From: an uncultured virus (IMG/VR IMGVR_UViG_3300038314_001147)
Taxonomy: Duplodnaviria; Heunggongvirae; Uroviricota; Caudoviricetes
Direction: 5' to 3' (one strand)
Length of the DNA stretch: 64,000 bases
IMG/VR virus record: IMGVR_UViG_3300038314_001147
Span: 1-64,000 of that record
Shown piece after piece: positions 1 through 9,714 of the stretch. How positions within the stretch are numbered: the first letter of the stretch is position 1; each line of letters starts with the position of its first letter. The translations under genes were made by a program, and so were the position numbers. Under the pieces are notes generated by a model that ran no database searches, was not told the origin of the DNA, and saw only the letters and a list, made by a program, of their open reading frames with translations.

Positions 1-2
1 GA

Positions 3-431
3 TATTGGAGTAGATTTGTTAGTTTTTATTATAAAAGAAACAATGTAGATGATGTACTAAATTTAAAAAGTTATAAAACTTCTTTTAATTCTTTTAAGGA
101 ATTATTAAATATGAAACAAGAAAGAGAAGCTAAAAAGATGGCTAAAGATGTATTTACAGATTTTATGACTGCTGTAGCTGATGAAATGATTAATAATAAT
201 TATTTTGTTTTTCCAAGAAGAGGATTCGGTTATATGACTATATCTAATACCGCAAATCCAGAAAGAGAAGATTATATATATGATATAGATACGGGAGGTA
301 AAATATATTCACCTAGAATTAAAATATCTGAAGATGTTTTTACTACTCCAAAAAGAAATTATAAAGTAAGATTTAATCAAGTATTACGAAACAAAATGTA
401 TAATAATATAATAAATGGCAGGAAATACTAA
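3..431 (+). CDS. IHF/HU-like protein of the crAss tail module (5'-partial)
   Basis: Frame is open from position 3, upstream of the ATG at 111; helix then 'FPRRGFGYMTI' resembles the IHF/HU 'GFG' strand; lies directly before the tail tubular gene as in crAss-like phages. Confidence 0.5.
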   Translation, partial: YWSRFVSFYYKRNNVDDVLNLKSYKTSFNSFKELLNMKQEREAKKMAKDVFTDFMTAVADEMINNNYFVFPRRGFGYMTISNTANPEREDYIYDIDTGGKIYSPRIKISEDVFTTPKRNYKVRFNQVLRNKMYNNIINGRKY

Positions 432-1014
432 TTATTTAACAGCTAGAACAATAGCAAATAAAATTGCTAGGGACTATAAAGATACTACGTTTGAATTGGG
501 GGACGTAATGGAATGGTGTGCTGAAGCAGAAAAAAAGATAGGTCAATTCGAAGCGTTTGTAAGAATTAAAGCTAGCGGAACTGTTGTTAATAAAAAATTC
601 AAATTACCATGTGATGTATATCGCATATTAAGTGTTTACAATGGTAAATGTAAAGTTGATTATCAAAATGATGGTTGTTACTTAAATGTTCAAGATGATG
701 ACTATGTATTAACTTTAACTTATTTAGGATTCCCTACAGATCCTGATGGATTTCCTATAATTAAAAAAGGACATGAGGACGCTTGTTATTGGTACTGTAT
801 GCAAAAATTATTGTTTCCTGATTTTATGGTTGGGAGAATTGATATAAATAGATGGCAATACATACAACAAGAATGGGGAAAACAGTGGCAAAAAGCCAGA
901 GCTAATTATAGGGATATGAGTAGGAATGATATGGATGAGATAGCTATGATTGTTTGTAATATAATTCCTCATGTAAAATTAGCAAAAGATCTTGAATATA
1001 CTAAAGAATCCTAA
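415..1014 (+). CDS. Tail tubular/ring protein (P22 gp4-like, crAss type)
   Basis: 199 aa; 'KLPCDVYRI', 'YLGFPTDPDGFPII', 'ACYWYC'; position before the stabilisation protein. Confidence 0.7.
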   Translation: MAGNTNYLTARTIANKIARDYKDTTFELGDVMEWCAEAEKKIGQFEAFVRIKASGTVVNKKFKLPCDVYRILSVYNGKCKVDYQNDGCYLNVQDDDYVLTLTYLGFPTDPDGFPIIKKGHEDACYWYCMQKLLFPDFMVGRIDINRWQYIQQEWGKQWQKARANYRDMSRNDMDEIAMIVCNIIPHVKLAKDLEYTKES

Positions 1015-1016
1015 TT

Positions 1017-4000
1017 ATGGCTGGAGAGCAAGACAAAAAGCAGCCTATGCAACAGACAAAGGAATATTCTGTCAATGAATTTATTGGCGGTTTAGACTTT
1101 GATACTGCCTATTTAAAGGTAGGAAATAATAATCTTGTTGATTCTTTAAATATACGTCTTGTAGATGAAGATGGTCAAGGTCTTATAGTAACTAATATAA
1201 AAGGAAATGAAAAAAGATTTGAACTTACTTCTGGTTTTATTCCTCTTGGGTATTGTGAGTATAATGGGGTCGCTTTTATTTTTAGCCATAATCCCATTTC
1301 TACGATGGGAGAGATTGGTACTTTTCCTTCTCCTTGCTCTGCTTTTGAGGGTTGCTATATAGACACCACTGATCCAGAATGCTCAGCAGAAGAGAGATTT
1401 ACAAAAGGATTTACAGAAAGATATTCTCCATTAAAAAACTTTGTAGGATCCGTTAGTCCTATTACCGCAACTAATGCTGATAGAATAAGTTTTAGACATC
1501 AAGGATTTGCTTTTGATTGTGAACATCAAATTGAGGCTTTTGCAAGAATAGATTATGACAAAACTGTTAATCTATATTTTACAGATAACAATAACCCCAT
1601 AAGAAAGGTTAATTGTGGTTTTGATATAGAAGGAAGATGTATGCCTAGATTTTATGGTAATTCTAGCTTTCCAAATGAAATAGCTTTATTTTCTAATACA
1701 TGCTCAAGACCTATTATTACCTTAGGAAGTTTTGGAAATAGTGGAGAGCTTATGGCTGGGAATTGGATATTCTATTTTAAATACACTACAGAAGATTTAA
1801 ATTCTACGGATTGGATGGGAGAAAGTAGTATGGTTCAAATTTCTCCTGATGATGCAGCTACTGCGGGTGCACAAACTGATGGAGCTTCAGGAGAGCAATT
1901 AACTACTAGGTCTGTAACTCTTCTACTTTCTAATATAGATGTTAATTTTAAATATATTGAAGTTGGTTTTGTTTATTTTTATGAGGGAGTATGGCAATCT
2001 GGTAATATAGATAAATTATATGGTGTTGATTCCGGAGGAACTGCAAGTATTGAAATTAATGGTACAGAAGATAGAATCCCTATGGATGTTTCTGAATTAT
2101 TCGCTCAAAAACAATCATATGATGTAGCTAAAACAATATGTCAATTTGAAAATAGATTATTCGCAGCTAATTTAAGAGCTAACGAATTATTTGACGAATC
2201 CATGCCAAGGCTTGCAAAAGAAATAATGCCTAAATTTAATTCTAGTCGTACATTACCTGATCAGCCATTTACTTTAGGTATGGGGATAATGCCTGGAGCA
2301 GCCAATGCTGGAGAATATAAAGATCCTGCATTAGCTTACAATGGTGTAGGATATTTTAGAGGAGAAACATATGCTTTTGCAGTTGTTTATGTATTCTCAG
2401 ACGGAAAAGAATCACAAGCATTTCCAGTTAGAGGAATTGATGATTGGGGTGGTGCAGGAACTTACGCAAATGCTACTGGGGGTCCTTTTCAGGAAAATGA
2501 AGACGGTATATATAGATTTCCTAATGCAATAGTTGATGCTCCCTATATTGCAGGTCAAGTTAATTTAATGGGAATACAATTTAATGTAGGAAATTTCTTA
2601 AGCGAATATGCTCTATGTCCATGGATGCAACAAAATGTTTGTGGAATGTATTTTACAAGAGCTAAAAGAAATGAAAACTTAGAATTTCAAGGAGTAGCAA
2701 TACCAACTATAACTCCATCAGAAGGAGAACCTTCTTGTAGTTTTAAAGATCAGAAAAAACGATTAAGAGGATCTAACTCTATACCAATGTTTCAAAATAT
2801 AACACCCTTTTGGGCAGAAATTGAGTGTAGCTTATCTAAGAAAAAACCATTTTGGCTTTTAGGTAGTACAGATATGGTTTCTTCATGGGATAATAGTAGA
2901 TATGGAATCTATGGTATTGATCATTTTATAAAACACGATATGGGAGGTGGTAATAGATCTATTATGCCTATAGGAACTTCAACATGGACAACTGCAGATT
3001 CTAGTGGGTTTTGTTATAATAGATATTTATATGAGCAAAGTGGGATAGCTCCAGAACCTATACCTACATTCTTTCCTAAAAACTGCTATCATATAGAAGG
3101 ATGGGATAGTGTAACAAATAATGGATTTCAATCCATGTATAGTCAAGGAAAAGATCCTATTGGCGATAGCTGGTATTATGCTTATTCTGATTCTACTGTA
3201 GGTAAAATGAGATGGATGCATCAAAAAAATCTTGCATTCGGAACAACAGATTTTTATGGAATTGATAATTGTTCAACTCAAAATTTTTCAAGTAAAATTG
3301 TAAATGTATATAGAACTAATCCTGATCCTGCTGCAGGATTTACTATTACAAATTTATATCAACCTTCAAATGAAGAATATTATAAAATTGGTGATTTTAA
3401 TGATTTAACTGCTCCTACTTCAGCATTAATTGGAAATATAATACATTTTAGAGGTGATTGTTTCCTTCAGAGATACTATATGAAGCAATTATTTAATTCA
3501 GGAAAGAAATCACCAGATTCTGAAGAAGATGGTATTGATTGTAATAAGTGTGAAGGAGATTCAAATTATGCTGACATTACAGCTAAAAGAAAGTATGGAT
3601 TTGGATTAATGTTTAGTGTTGTTACAGAAAATTCTGTCAATTCTGCAATGAGACAAGTAGATGCAGAGATGAATTATTTTCCAGAATACGGGTTGGTTAA
3701 TCCTGCAGATTTTGCAATACGAGATTACGAAAAAGAATCTAGAGCATTAAATTATGGATATAATGAAACAGAAAGTGTAAAATCATATGTTGGATATGAT
3801 GATGCAATTCCTTTTGTAAATAAGGAATTTCCTACCAGAATCATATATAGTCGACCAAATGATCCTAATAGTTTTGGAGATGCATATACGATTGTAGATC
3901 CAGCTGCATTTAAAGATTTTGATTATAGATTAGGTCATATAAATAAAATACTAGATTTTAATTCTAGATTAATGTCAATTCAAGATACTGGAGTTAATTA

Positions 4001-5039
4001 TCATTTAGTTAATGAAAGAGCCATGCTTAGTCAACCTGATTCAGGATCGCTGTTATTAGGAGCTGGTAATGTTTTAGATAAAAAAGCTCATCCTATAACA
4101 GATATGTTGGGATCTCAACATCAATGGAGTATATGCAAGTCTGACAATGCATTATATGGAGTTGATTATAATAAAAGAAAAATATGGAGAATACAAGCTG
4201 GTCAAAAAGGAGGATTAGATACGATAAGTGATTCAGCTAATGCTAGAAGATGGATAACAGAAGTGTGTAATCAATATGGAGATATTTCTGATAGAAGTGC
4301 TACATTAGCAGATAATCCTATTTGTCAAGAAGGCATTCTTACTGCTTTTGATAAAAGAAACAATGAAATAATATTTACATTCCTATTTAATCCTGGTGGT
4401 AAAATTGTAACTGGACCTTGTGATGAGACTACTGATCCAGCTGTATCGAAAACATTAGTGTTTAATGAATGGATGGGTAGGTTTACGTCTGAAAGATCTT
4501 ATAAGCCTAATTTCTACATGACAATATCTGAAGACTTTTATAGTATAAATCCAGCTTTAATAACTCCAATTATACCAAATGTATCTGTAAGTAACTTCCA
4601 AACAGACTTTTATTTACATGACGTGGGGATAGATTCCAGTGGTAATGACAATTATTTGAAATTTTATGGTGTAAATAGTGAATTTTTCATTACTTTTGTA
4701 ATTAATCAAGCAGCGGAACTTGCTAAGGTATTTGATAATATAATGATAGCATCAAATGGAGAGGCTTTTAAATCTATAGAATATTTAACAGAAGACCAAG
4801 TTTCTTTACATTCTCCTTTTGTAGACCCAACAAAACCTTACATAAATCCAAGCTTTAGAGAGAATTATTGGAAATTGCCAGTTTCAAGAGCAACTTCCAT
4901 ACAGAGTACAGCTAATAATATATATAGTATTAATTCTAGAATGAGAGGAAAATATATGGTAATAAAACTTGTTGGTGATTCCCAAAAAATGCAGTACGTT
5001 AAATCAGTAATAACCGGATTAAGAAATTCAAAATCATAA
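1017..5039 (+). CDS. Tail stabilisation/muzzle protein (P22 gp10-like, crAss type)
   Basis: 1340 aa; 'GGLDFD..NIR..NIKGN', 'LYFTDNNNPIRK', 'NRLFAANL', 'GYFRGETYAF', 'GSQHQWS', C-terminal 'RMRGKY'. Confidence 0.8.
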   Translation: MAGEQDKKQPMQQTKEYSVNEFIGGLDFDTAYLKVGNNNLVDSLNIRLVDEDGQGLIVTNIKGNEKRFELTSGFIPLGYCEYNGVAFIFSHNPISTMGEIGTFPSPCSAFEGCYIDTTDPECSAEERFTKGFTERYSPLKNFVGSVSPITATNADRISFRHQGFAFDCEHQIEAFARIDYDKTVNLYFTDNNNPIRKVNCGFDIEGRCMPRFYGNSSFPNEIALFSNTCSRPIITLGSFGNSGELMAGNWIFYFKYTTEDLNSTDWMGESSMVQISPDDAATAGAQTDGASGEQLTTRSVTLLLSNIDVNFKYIEVGFVYFYEGVWQSGNIDKLYGVDSGGTASIEINGTEDRIPMDVSELFAQKQSYDVAKTICQFENRLFAANLRANELFDESMPRLAKEIMPKFNSSRTLPDQPFTLGMGIMPGAANAGEYKDPALAYNGVGYFRGETYAFAVVYVFSDGKESQAFPVRGIDDWGGAGTYANATGGPFQENEDGIYRFPNAIVDAPYIAGQVNLMGIQFNVGNFLSEYALCPWMQQNVCGMYFTRAKRNENLEFQGVAIPTITPSEGEPSCSFKDQKKRLRGSNSIPMFQNITPFWAEIECSLSKKKPFWLLGSTDMVSSWDNSRYGIYGIDHFIKHDMGGGNRSIMPIGTSTWTTADSSGFCYNRYLYEQSGIAPEPIPTFFPKNCYHIEGWDSVTNNGFQSMYSQGKDPIGDSWYYAYSDSTVGKMRWMHQKNLAFGTTDFYGIDNCSTQNFSSKIVNVYRTNPDPAAGFTITNLYQPSNEEYYKIGDFNDLTAPTSALIGNIIHFRGDCFLQRYYMKQLFNSGKKSPDSEEDGIDCNKCEGDSNYADITAKRKYGFGLMFSVVTENSVNSAMRQVDAEMNYFPEYGLVNPADFAIRDYEKESRALNYGYNETESVKSYVGYDDAIPFVNKEFPTRIIYSRPNDPNSFGDAYTIVDPAAFKDFDYRLGHINKILDFNSRLMSIQDTGVNYHLVNERAMLSQPDSGSLLLGAGNVLDKKAHPITDMLGSQHQWSICKSDNALYGVDYNKRKIWRIQAGQKGGLDTISDSANARRWITEVCNQYGDISDRSATLADNPICQEGILTAFDKRNNEIIFTFLFNPGGKIVTGPCDETTDPAVSKTLVFNEWMGRFTSERSYKPNFYMTISEDFYSINPALITPIIPNVSVSNFQTDFYLHDVGIDSSGNDNYLKFYGVNSEFFITFVINQAAELAKVFDNIMIASNGEAFKSIEYLTEDQVSLHSPFVDPTKPYINPSFRENYWKLPVSRATSIQSTANNIYSINSRMRGKYMVIKLVGDSQKMQYVKSVITGLRNSKS

Positions 5040-5042
5040 ATT

Positions 5043-7469
5043 ATGGCAGAATCATCAGGACCTCCTCAACCACCTAGAACAGTATCAAAGAGTTTAGAAA
5101 AAATACCTGTAGTTGGCAAGACATTAGGAACGGTAGCTAAATTTGCTGAAAATTTATATAATCTAGATGCTCAAAAGCAATGGGTTAAACATCAAGAAAA
5201 TCTTGAAGAAATGGCTGATATTGAAGCTAGAGCTGAAGAAGAGGCTTTAGCTAAGGCTGGTAGACAGGAATTTCAAGAGGCTTCTAATCAGGGTCAGATA
5301 TTTGCAAAGGCAGGTGGAGAAATCCCTTCTAATAATATTATGAGTATGTATTTAGAGAACAGGCAAGCAAAATTAGATGCTGGTGGACCTGTAGTTCCTG
5401 GTCAAGAAATTCTTGGAGAAAATAGAGAGGTTCCTGGAGCAGCTGGAAATGTTGTAAATGACAATGCCAATGTAGCTAATGTTTCTACTACTTCTGAGGA
5501 TGATGAAATAGATGATGTATTAGCGGCTAACAATGAAAGAGTGCAGGCTGAAAACAATCAAATAAGTGGAGGGAATATGGGTGGTGGAAGACGAACTTTA
5601 AATAACGTATGGGATATGGCATTACAAACAGGAACAGATTTAGCCGTTCAAGGAATGAATAAATTATCAAATCCAAAGAAAATGATAAAAGGAGCGAAAG
5701 GAGGAACAATAGCTGGTCCAGGATCAGGCACCTCTGACGATATACCTGCTAATTTACCACCAGGATCATTTGTTGTTCCAGCTGAAAATAATGAAATAGC
5801 GAAAATGTTAAGAACAAATTATCTTGCTCCAGGAGGAAAAACTGCTGATGTTGACGGTAGTGCAAACCCTGATCAAATGGTAAGTAATGGAGAGCATGTA
5901 TTTACTCCAGATGAAGCTAGTAAGTTAACAGCATTAGGTATAAATTTAGATGAATTAGCTCCTGATTCTGAATTTAAGTATAATGATGGTGGTTCTCAAC
6001 TTGCTGTTGAAGGAGGATTTTTGAAAAAATTTGGTGATTTCTTTAGACAGAAGAATCCAACTGGATGGACTAATAGGGATTATAATAAAATTAACAGATA
6101 TGAATTCAATCCTAGAGGAGATGTATTGGCTGAAGACCAACAAGCTCCTAGTATAGAAGATTGGTATCATGATACATCTGGTAGATATGAGGGTGATGGT
6201 ATTTATGACGAAGGAGAAAATTGGGGTAAAGGATTAGATGAAGGATTACAATATAATATAGATGAATATGAGGCGTATATTAAAGAGAATTATCCTGAAA
6301 CACATGAAGCTTATCATAAAGCTTACGATAAACCTGAACGACCTAAAAAGAGAGATTATAAAGATAATGAAGAATATGGAGAATATGATGATCAATGGAA
6401 AGATGAATTTATGTGGGCTATGGAAGATTATAGGGATAATATGGAAAAATATAAAACAGGTTCAAGTGAATTAGAAAATTATAGAGAAACTGTTTTAAAT
6501 GCATATCCAGATGATGATGGCACTCATGATGATGCGGGTGACGATGGAAATGATTTAAACTTCTTACAGAGATTATTTAAAGGTAAAAATAAACAAGGGG
6601 AAGAAGGAGATGTTGAAGGAGGAGAAGGGGGAGAAGGAGATGGTGGTCCTGGCGATAGATTTGATTCTGCATTAGATGCAAATAATAAAGCTTATAATGC
6701 TCTTACTATAGCTGATACTTTAATGAATGCTGGTTTATTCGCCTATAACACTAATTTAGGATACACTCCTTTTGAGTCAGAAAAACCAATGCCAAAAACA
6801 TATATTCCTAGTTTTTATGGTGCAAAAAATAAAATTGATCAAATGTTAGGTACAGCTAATTCTTTTCAAAAACATATGATGACATCTGATTTATCTTCTA
6901 ATATGTCCATTTTGAACAGTATGAATGTTAATAAGTTGCAAAATGCACGAACAATGTATGGTGATGTTTTAGATAAAATTGATACCTTTAAGCAGTCTGC
7001 GGTGCAAGAAGAAAACAAATTTAGAACTGCTAATGCTGATAGGGACTTTAAGACTAGATTCCTTAACAAACAACTAGAAGAACAGTTCAATAAAGACAAG
7101 GGATCAGCTCTATCAAAATCTCTTGATAATATTAAGAAAGGATGGGAAGAAAATATAAAAAATAAACAAAAAAATGAGGCAAGTAGATTAGCAATTGATA
7201 CTGTGAAAAACACACTTAAGCTTGGTAAGGCTGGTCAAGAATATCAAAAACTTATAGATATGCTTGGAGAACACTTCCCTCCAGAATGGATCGGAGAAGA
7301 TGGAATGACTAAATTTATGGAGAATTTTGGGACTATGGAACAAATGGACAGAATAAAAGAATTGAAAAAAGCAATGGAAGAAGCTGCAAATCCGGATAAT
7401 ATTGAAGTAGATCCAACTGAAATAAATATTAATGAAAATATAGAACAAAATGAAGAAATCATTGAGTGA
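5043..7469 (+). CDS. Probable internal virion (cargo/ejection) protein
   Basis: 808 aa, acidic low-complexity tracts, repeated xxGG motifs, 'GPGSGTSDDIPA..VSNGEHVF'; between tail and RNAP genes. Confidence 0.55.
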   Translation: MAESSGPPQPPRTVSKSLEKIPVVGKTLGTVAKFAENLYNLDAQKQWVKHQENLEEMADIEARAEEEALAKAGRQEFQEASNQGQIFAKAGGEIPSNNIMSMYLENRQAKLDAGGPVVPGQEILGENREVPGAAGNVVNDNANVANVSTTSEDDEIDDVLAANNERVQAENNQISGGNMGGGRRTLNNVWDMALQTGTDLAVQGMNKLSNPKKMIKGAKGGTIAGPGSGTSDDIPANLPPGSFVVPAENNEIAKMLRTNYLAPGGKTADVDGSANPDQMVSNGEHVFTPDEASKLTALGINLDELAPDSEFKYNDGGSQLAVEGGFLKKFGDFFRQKNPTGWTNRDYNKINRYEFNPRGDVLAEDQQAPSIEDWYHDTSGRYEGDGIYDEGENWGKGLDEGLQYNIDEYEAYIKENYPETHEAYHKAYDKPERPKKRDYKDNEEYGEYDDQWKDEFMWAMEDYRDNMEKYKTGSSELENYRETVLNAYPDDDGTHDDAGDDGNDLNFLQRLFKGKNKQGEEGDVEGGEGGEGDGGPGDRFDSALDANNKAYNALTIADTLMNAGLFAYNTNLGYTPFESEKPMPKTYIPSFYGAKNKIDQMLGTANSFQKHMMTSDLSSNMSILNSMNVNKLQNARTMYGDVLDKIDTFKQSAVQEENKFRTANADRDFKTRFLNKQLEEQFNKDKGSALSKSLDNIKKGWEENIKNKQKNEASRLAIDTVKNTLKLGKAGQEYQKLIDMLGEHFPPEWIGEDGMTKFMENFGTMEQMDRIKELKKAMEEAANPDNIEVDPTEININENIEQNEEIIE

Positions 7470-7779
7470 TGAGATCTTGTACGAAATTGAATTAGATATC
7501 CCACAAATTTCACTTCAAAAGGGTGAAACGATACAGGATCTATTTGAAAGAAAAGGTAATTATATATATAAAAGAGTAGTAGATGCTATCGGATTAGCAG
7601 CATACGAAGAATTTAATAGTGCTCAATTGTTTCAATTAGGAAAGGTTGACATTATTGAAGCTCCTAGAAAAAGATGGGCATTTGCTTTAGAAAATGCTCT
7701 TGAGTATTTAATAGAAGTTGAAGAATATGAATACTGTCAAAAAATAGTAAATTTAAAAAAATATTTAAAAATTAAATAA
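7450..7779 (+). CDS. Hypothetical protein with C-terminal UVR-like helical hairpin
   Basis: 'LENALEYLIEVEEYEYCQKIVNL'; overlaps both neighbours. Confidence 0.55.
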   Translation: MKKSLSDEILYEIELDIPQISLQKGETIQDLFERKGNYIYKRVVDAIGLAAYEEFNSAQLFQLGKVDIIEAPRKRWAFALENALEYLIEVEEYEYCQKIVNLKKYLKIK

Positions 7780-9713
7780 TGCCGTTAATATCAATGGGGA
7801 GAACCTCTAAGAGTTCTCCAATAATACCGCCAGGTGATCCTTTAGGTCCTTTTGAAACATTAGATCCTACAGATTTTATAAAGGGTCTTTTAGAACAGGA
7901 GCAAGTAAAACAAGGCACCAGGAAAGCTGTTCAAGCCTGGGATAAGCCAGGTATACCATCATTGACTGGAATGCCTATTGATGCTGCCTTTTTAGAACAA
8001 AAGCATGTAATGGCTATGAATCAAATAGAGTCAGGAATTAGGGAGGCTGGAGGTAATGCACAATATTATTTTAAAACACCTGAATTTAAAGAACTTCTTA
8101 AAGATGCTGCTTTAACTAGATCTACTTCTGGAAGAGGGTTTGGTCTTAGTAATTTTGATCAGAATCTAATGCGTGTTGAAAAAGAAAGATATGACACAAC
8201 AAGAACTATGGCTGCTCAAAAGCAAATAGGTCAAGAAGTAGCTCTAGATGATAATGGAGATCCTATTTTAGGACCAGACGGGAATCCTTTAACTATAGAT
8301 AATTTATTATCTCAGTATGCTGTAAACCCTAAATACTCTCCATTTATGGGAGGTGATAGAAATTGGAATATGGATATGACTACTCAATCAGAATCTAAAC
8401 AATTATTGGAGAATTATTTTAATAATATAAAAGCTTCTGGATCTGCATCTACTGATTTTGCTGAAGGTTCCCAATTTGGGATGCCTGGTGCTTTAATGAA
8501 AGTAGTAACATCATCTTCAGGAACAGGGAATAGAGTTAGAAAAATTAGAGATATGCTTCTTCAAAATCCTGGTGCATTAGGAGATAAAGTAGAAAAAGGA
8601 TTTGCTAGAGAATTTAATAATAGTTATTTTGATCCCGAAACTATGGTATCTGAAGACGGGACTTTTAATGAAGCTTATTATGCGGCTAAAGCTAACTATC
8701 TAGCAGAACAAGTTGTATTAACTGCTGAAGAATTTATTCATGGTCAAAGTTCTAGATCTGTAACTGCTCATAAAAATCCTACTGCAGGACCAAATGATAT
8801 TCAAGGAATGAATTATTTTAATGCTGCTATAACTGGGCAACAAACTCCAGGAACTCAAACTGTAACTCAGGTAGTTAATGCTAGAAATGTCAATACAGAT
8901 ATTAGTGCTGGATATAAACAAGAGAATATAGGCGACTATACATTTTATCCTATGACTGGTGATAATCCAGTAAATGATGCTATAAAAGTAATCAATGATA
9001 ATGCATCTGGCAGTGCAAATGGTATGGCTACTATTAGAGATATTACAGGTACTGATGAACAATTTGCTTATTATAAAATAGATGGCGTTACTAACTTTAT
9101 AGATTATAGAGAATTTGATTTTAACAATTATCCAATTATAAATATGAATGCTGTTGAGGAAAATACTACACCAGGTGTAGAAATGATAAAAGGCGGAAGA
9201 GGTAGTGAAGTTGGATATGGTAATTTTTCAGTTGGTCCTGACGGGAATGTTATAAGGCATACAGGTGCTCGTGGAGCTAATCAAGGCGTTATACAATACG
9301 CTCAAGTACAAGTTGCTGTTCCGAAAGATCAGGCAGATAGAATGATGGCTGTTTATTATGATGGACAAGTTGGTAAAAAAGCTACTTTTGGAGATAAAGA
9401 TTGGTTTACTGGTGAAGAAGTAAGAAAAGAATTTAGAGGCAGAGAAACTCCTTTTGAGACTATTGATGAATATAATTTTATGTGGGTAGGAGAGAAAGGT
9501 GCTGAAATGACTCAAATGGAGGGAGATATGGTAAAAATGACTTTATATGTTCCTGCTAATGAAGCTATGTTAAATTTAGGAACAAATCAAACAACACAAG
9601 AAAAAATTCAGGGTAGATACCAGGAAGGTGCTAATCAATTAAGAATGAATCAAGAACAACAATTATATGATGCTCTGAATAATTTAAATAACATTTATCA
9701 ACAACAAGAATAA
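7779..9713 (+). CDS. Probable virion cargo protein
   Basis: 644 aa, no catalytic motif seen, immediately precedes the polyprotein. Confidence 0.5.
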   Translation: MPLISMGRTSKSSPIIPPGDPLGPFETLDPTDFIKGLLEQEQVKQGTRKAVQAWDKPGIPSLTGMPIDAAFLEQKHVMAMNQIESGIREAGGNAQYYFKTPEFKELLKDAALTRSTSGRGFGLSNFDQNLMRVEKERYDTTRTMAAQKQIGQEVALDDNGDPILGPDGNPLTIDNLLSQYAVNPKYSPFMGGDRNWNMDMTTQSESKQLLENYFNNIKASGSASTDFAEGSQFGMPGALMKVVTSSSGTGNRVRKIRDMLLQNPGALGDKVEKGFAREFNNSYFDPETMVSEDGTFNEAYYAAKANYLAEQVVLTAEEFIHGQSSRSVTAHKNPTAGPNDIQGMNYFNAAITGQQTPGTQTVTQVVNARNVNTDISAGYKQENIGDYTFYPMTGDNPVNDAIKVINDNASGSANGMATIRDITGTDEQFAYYKIDGVTNFIDYREFDFNNYPIINMNAVEENTTPGVEMIKGGRGSEVGYGNFSVGPDGNVIRHTGARGANQGVIQYAQVQVAVPKDQADRMMAVYYDGQVGKKATFGDKDWFTGEEVRKEFRGRETPFETIDEYNFMWVGEKGAEMTQMEGDMVKMTLYVPANEAMLNLGTNQTTQEKIQGRYQEGANQLRMNQEQQLYDALNNLNNIYQQQE

Positions 9714-9714
9714 T

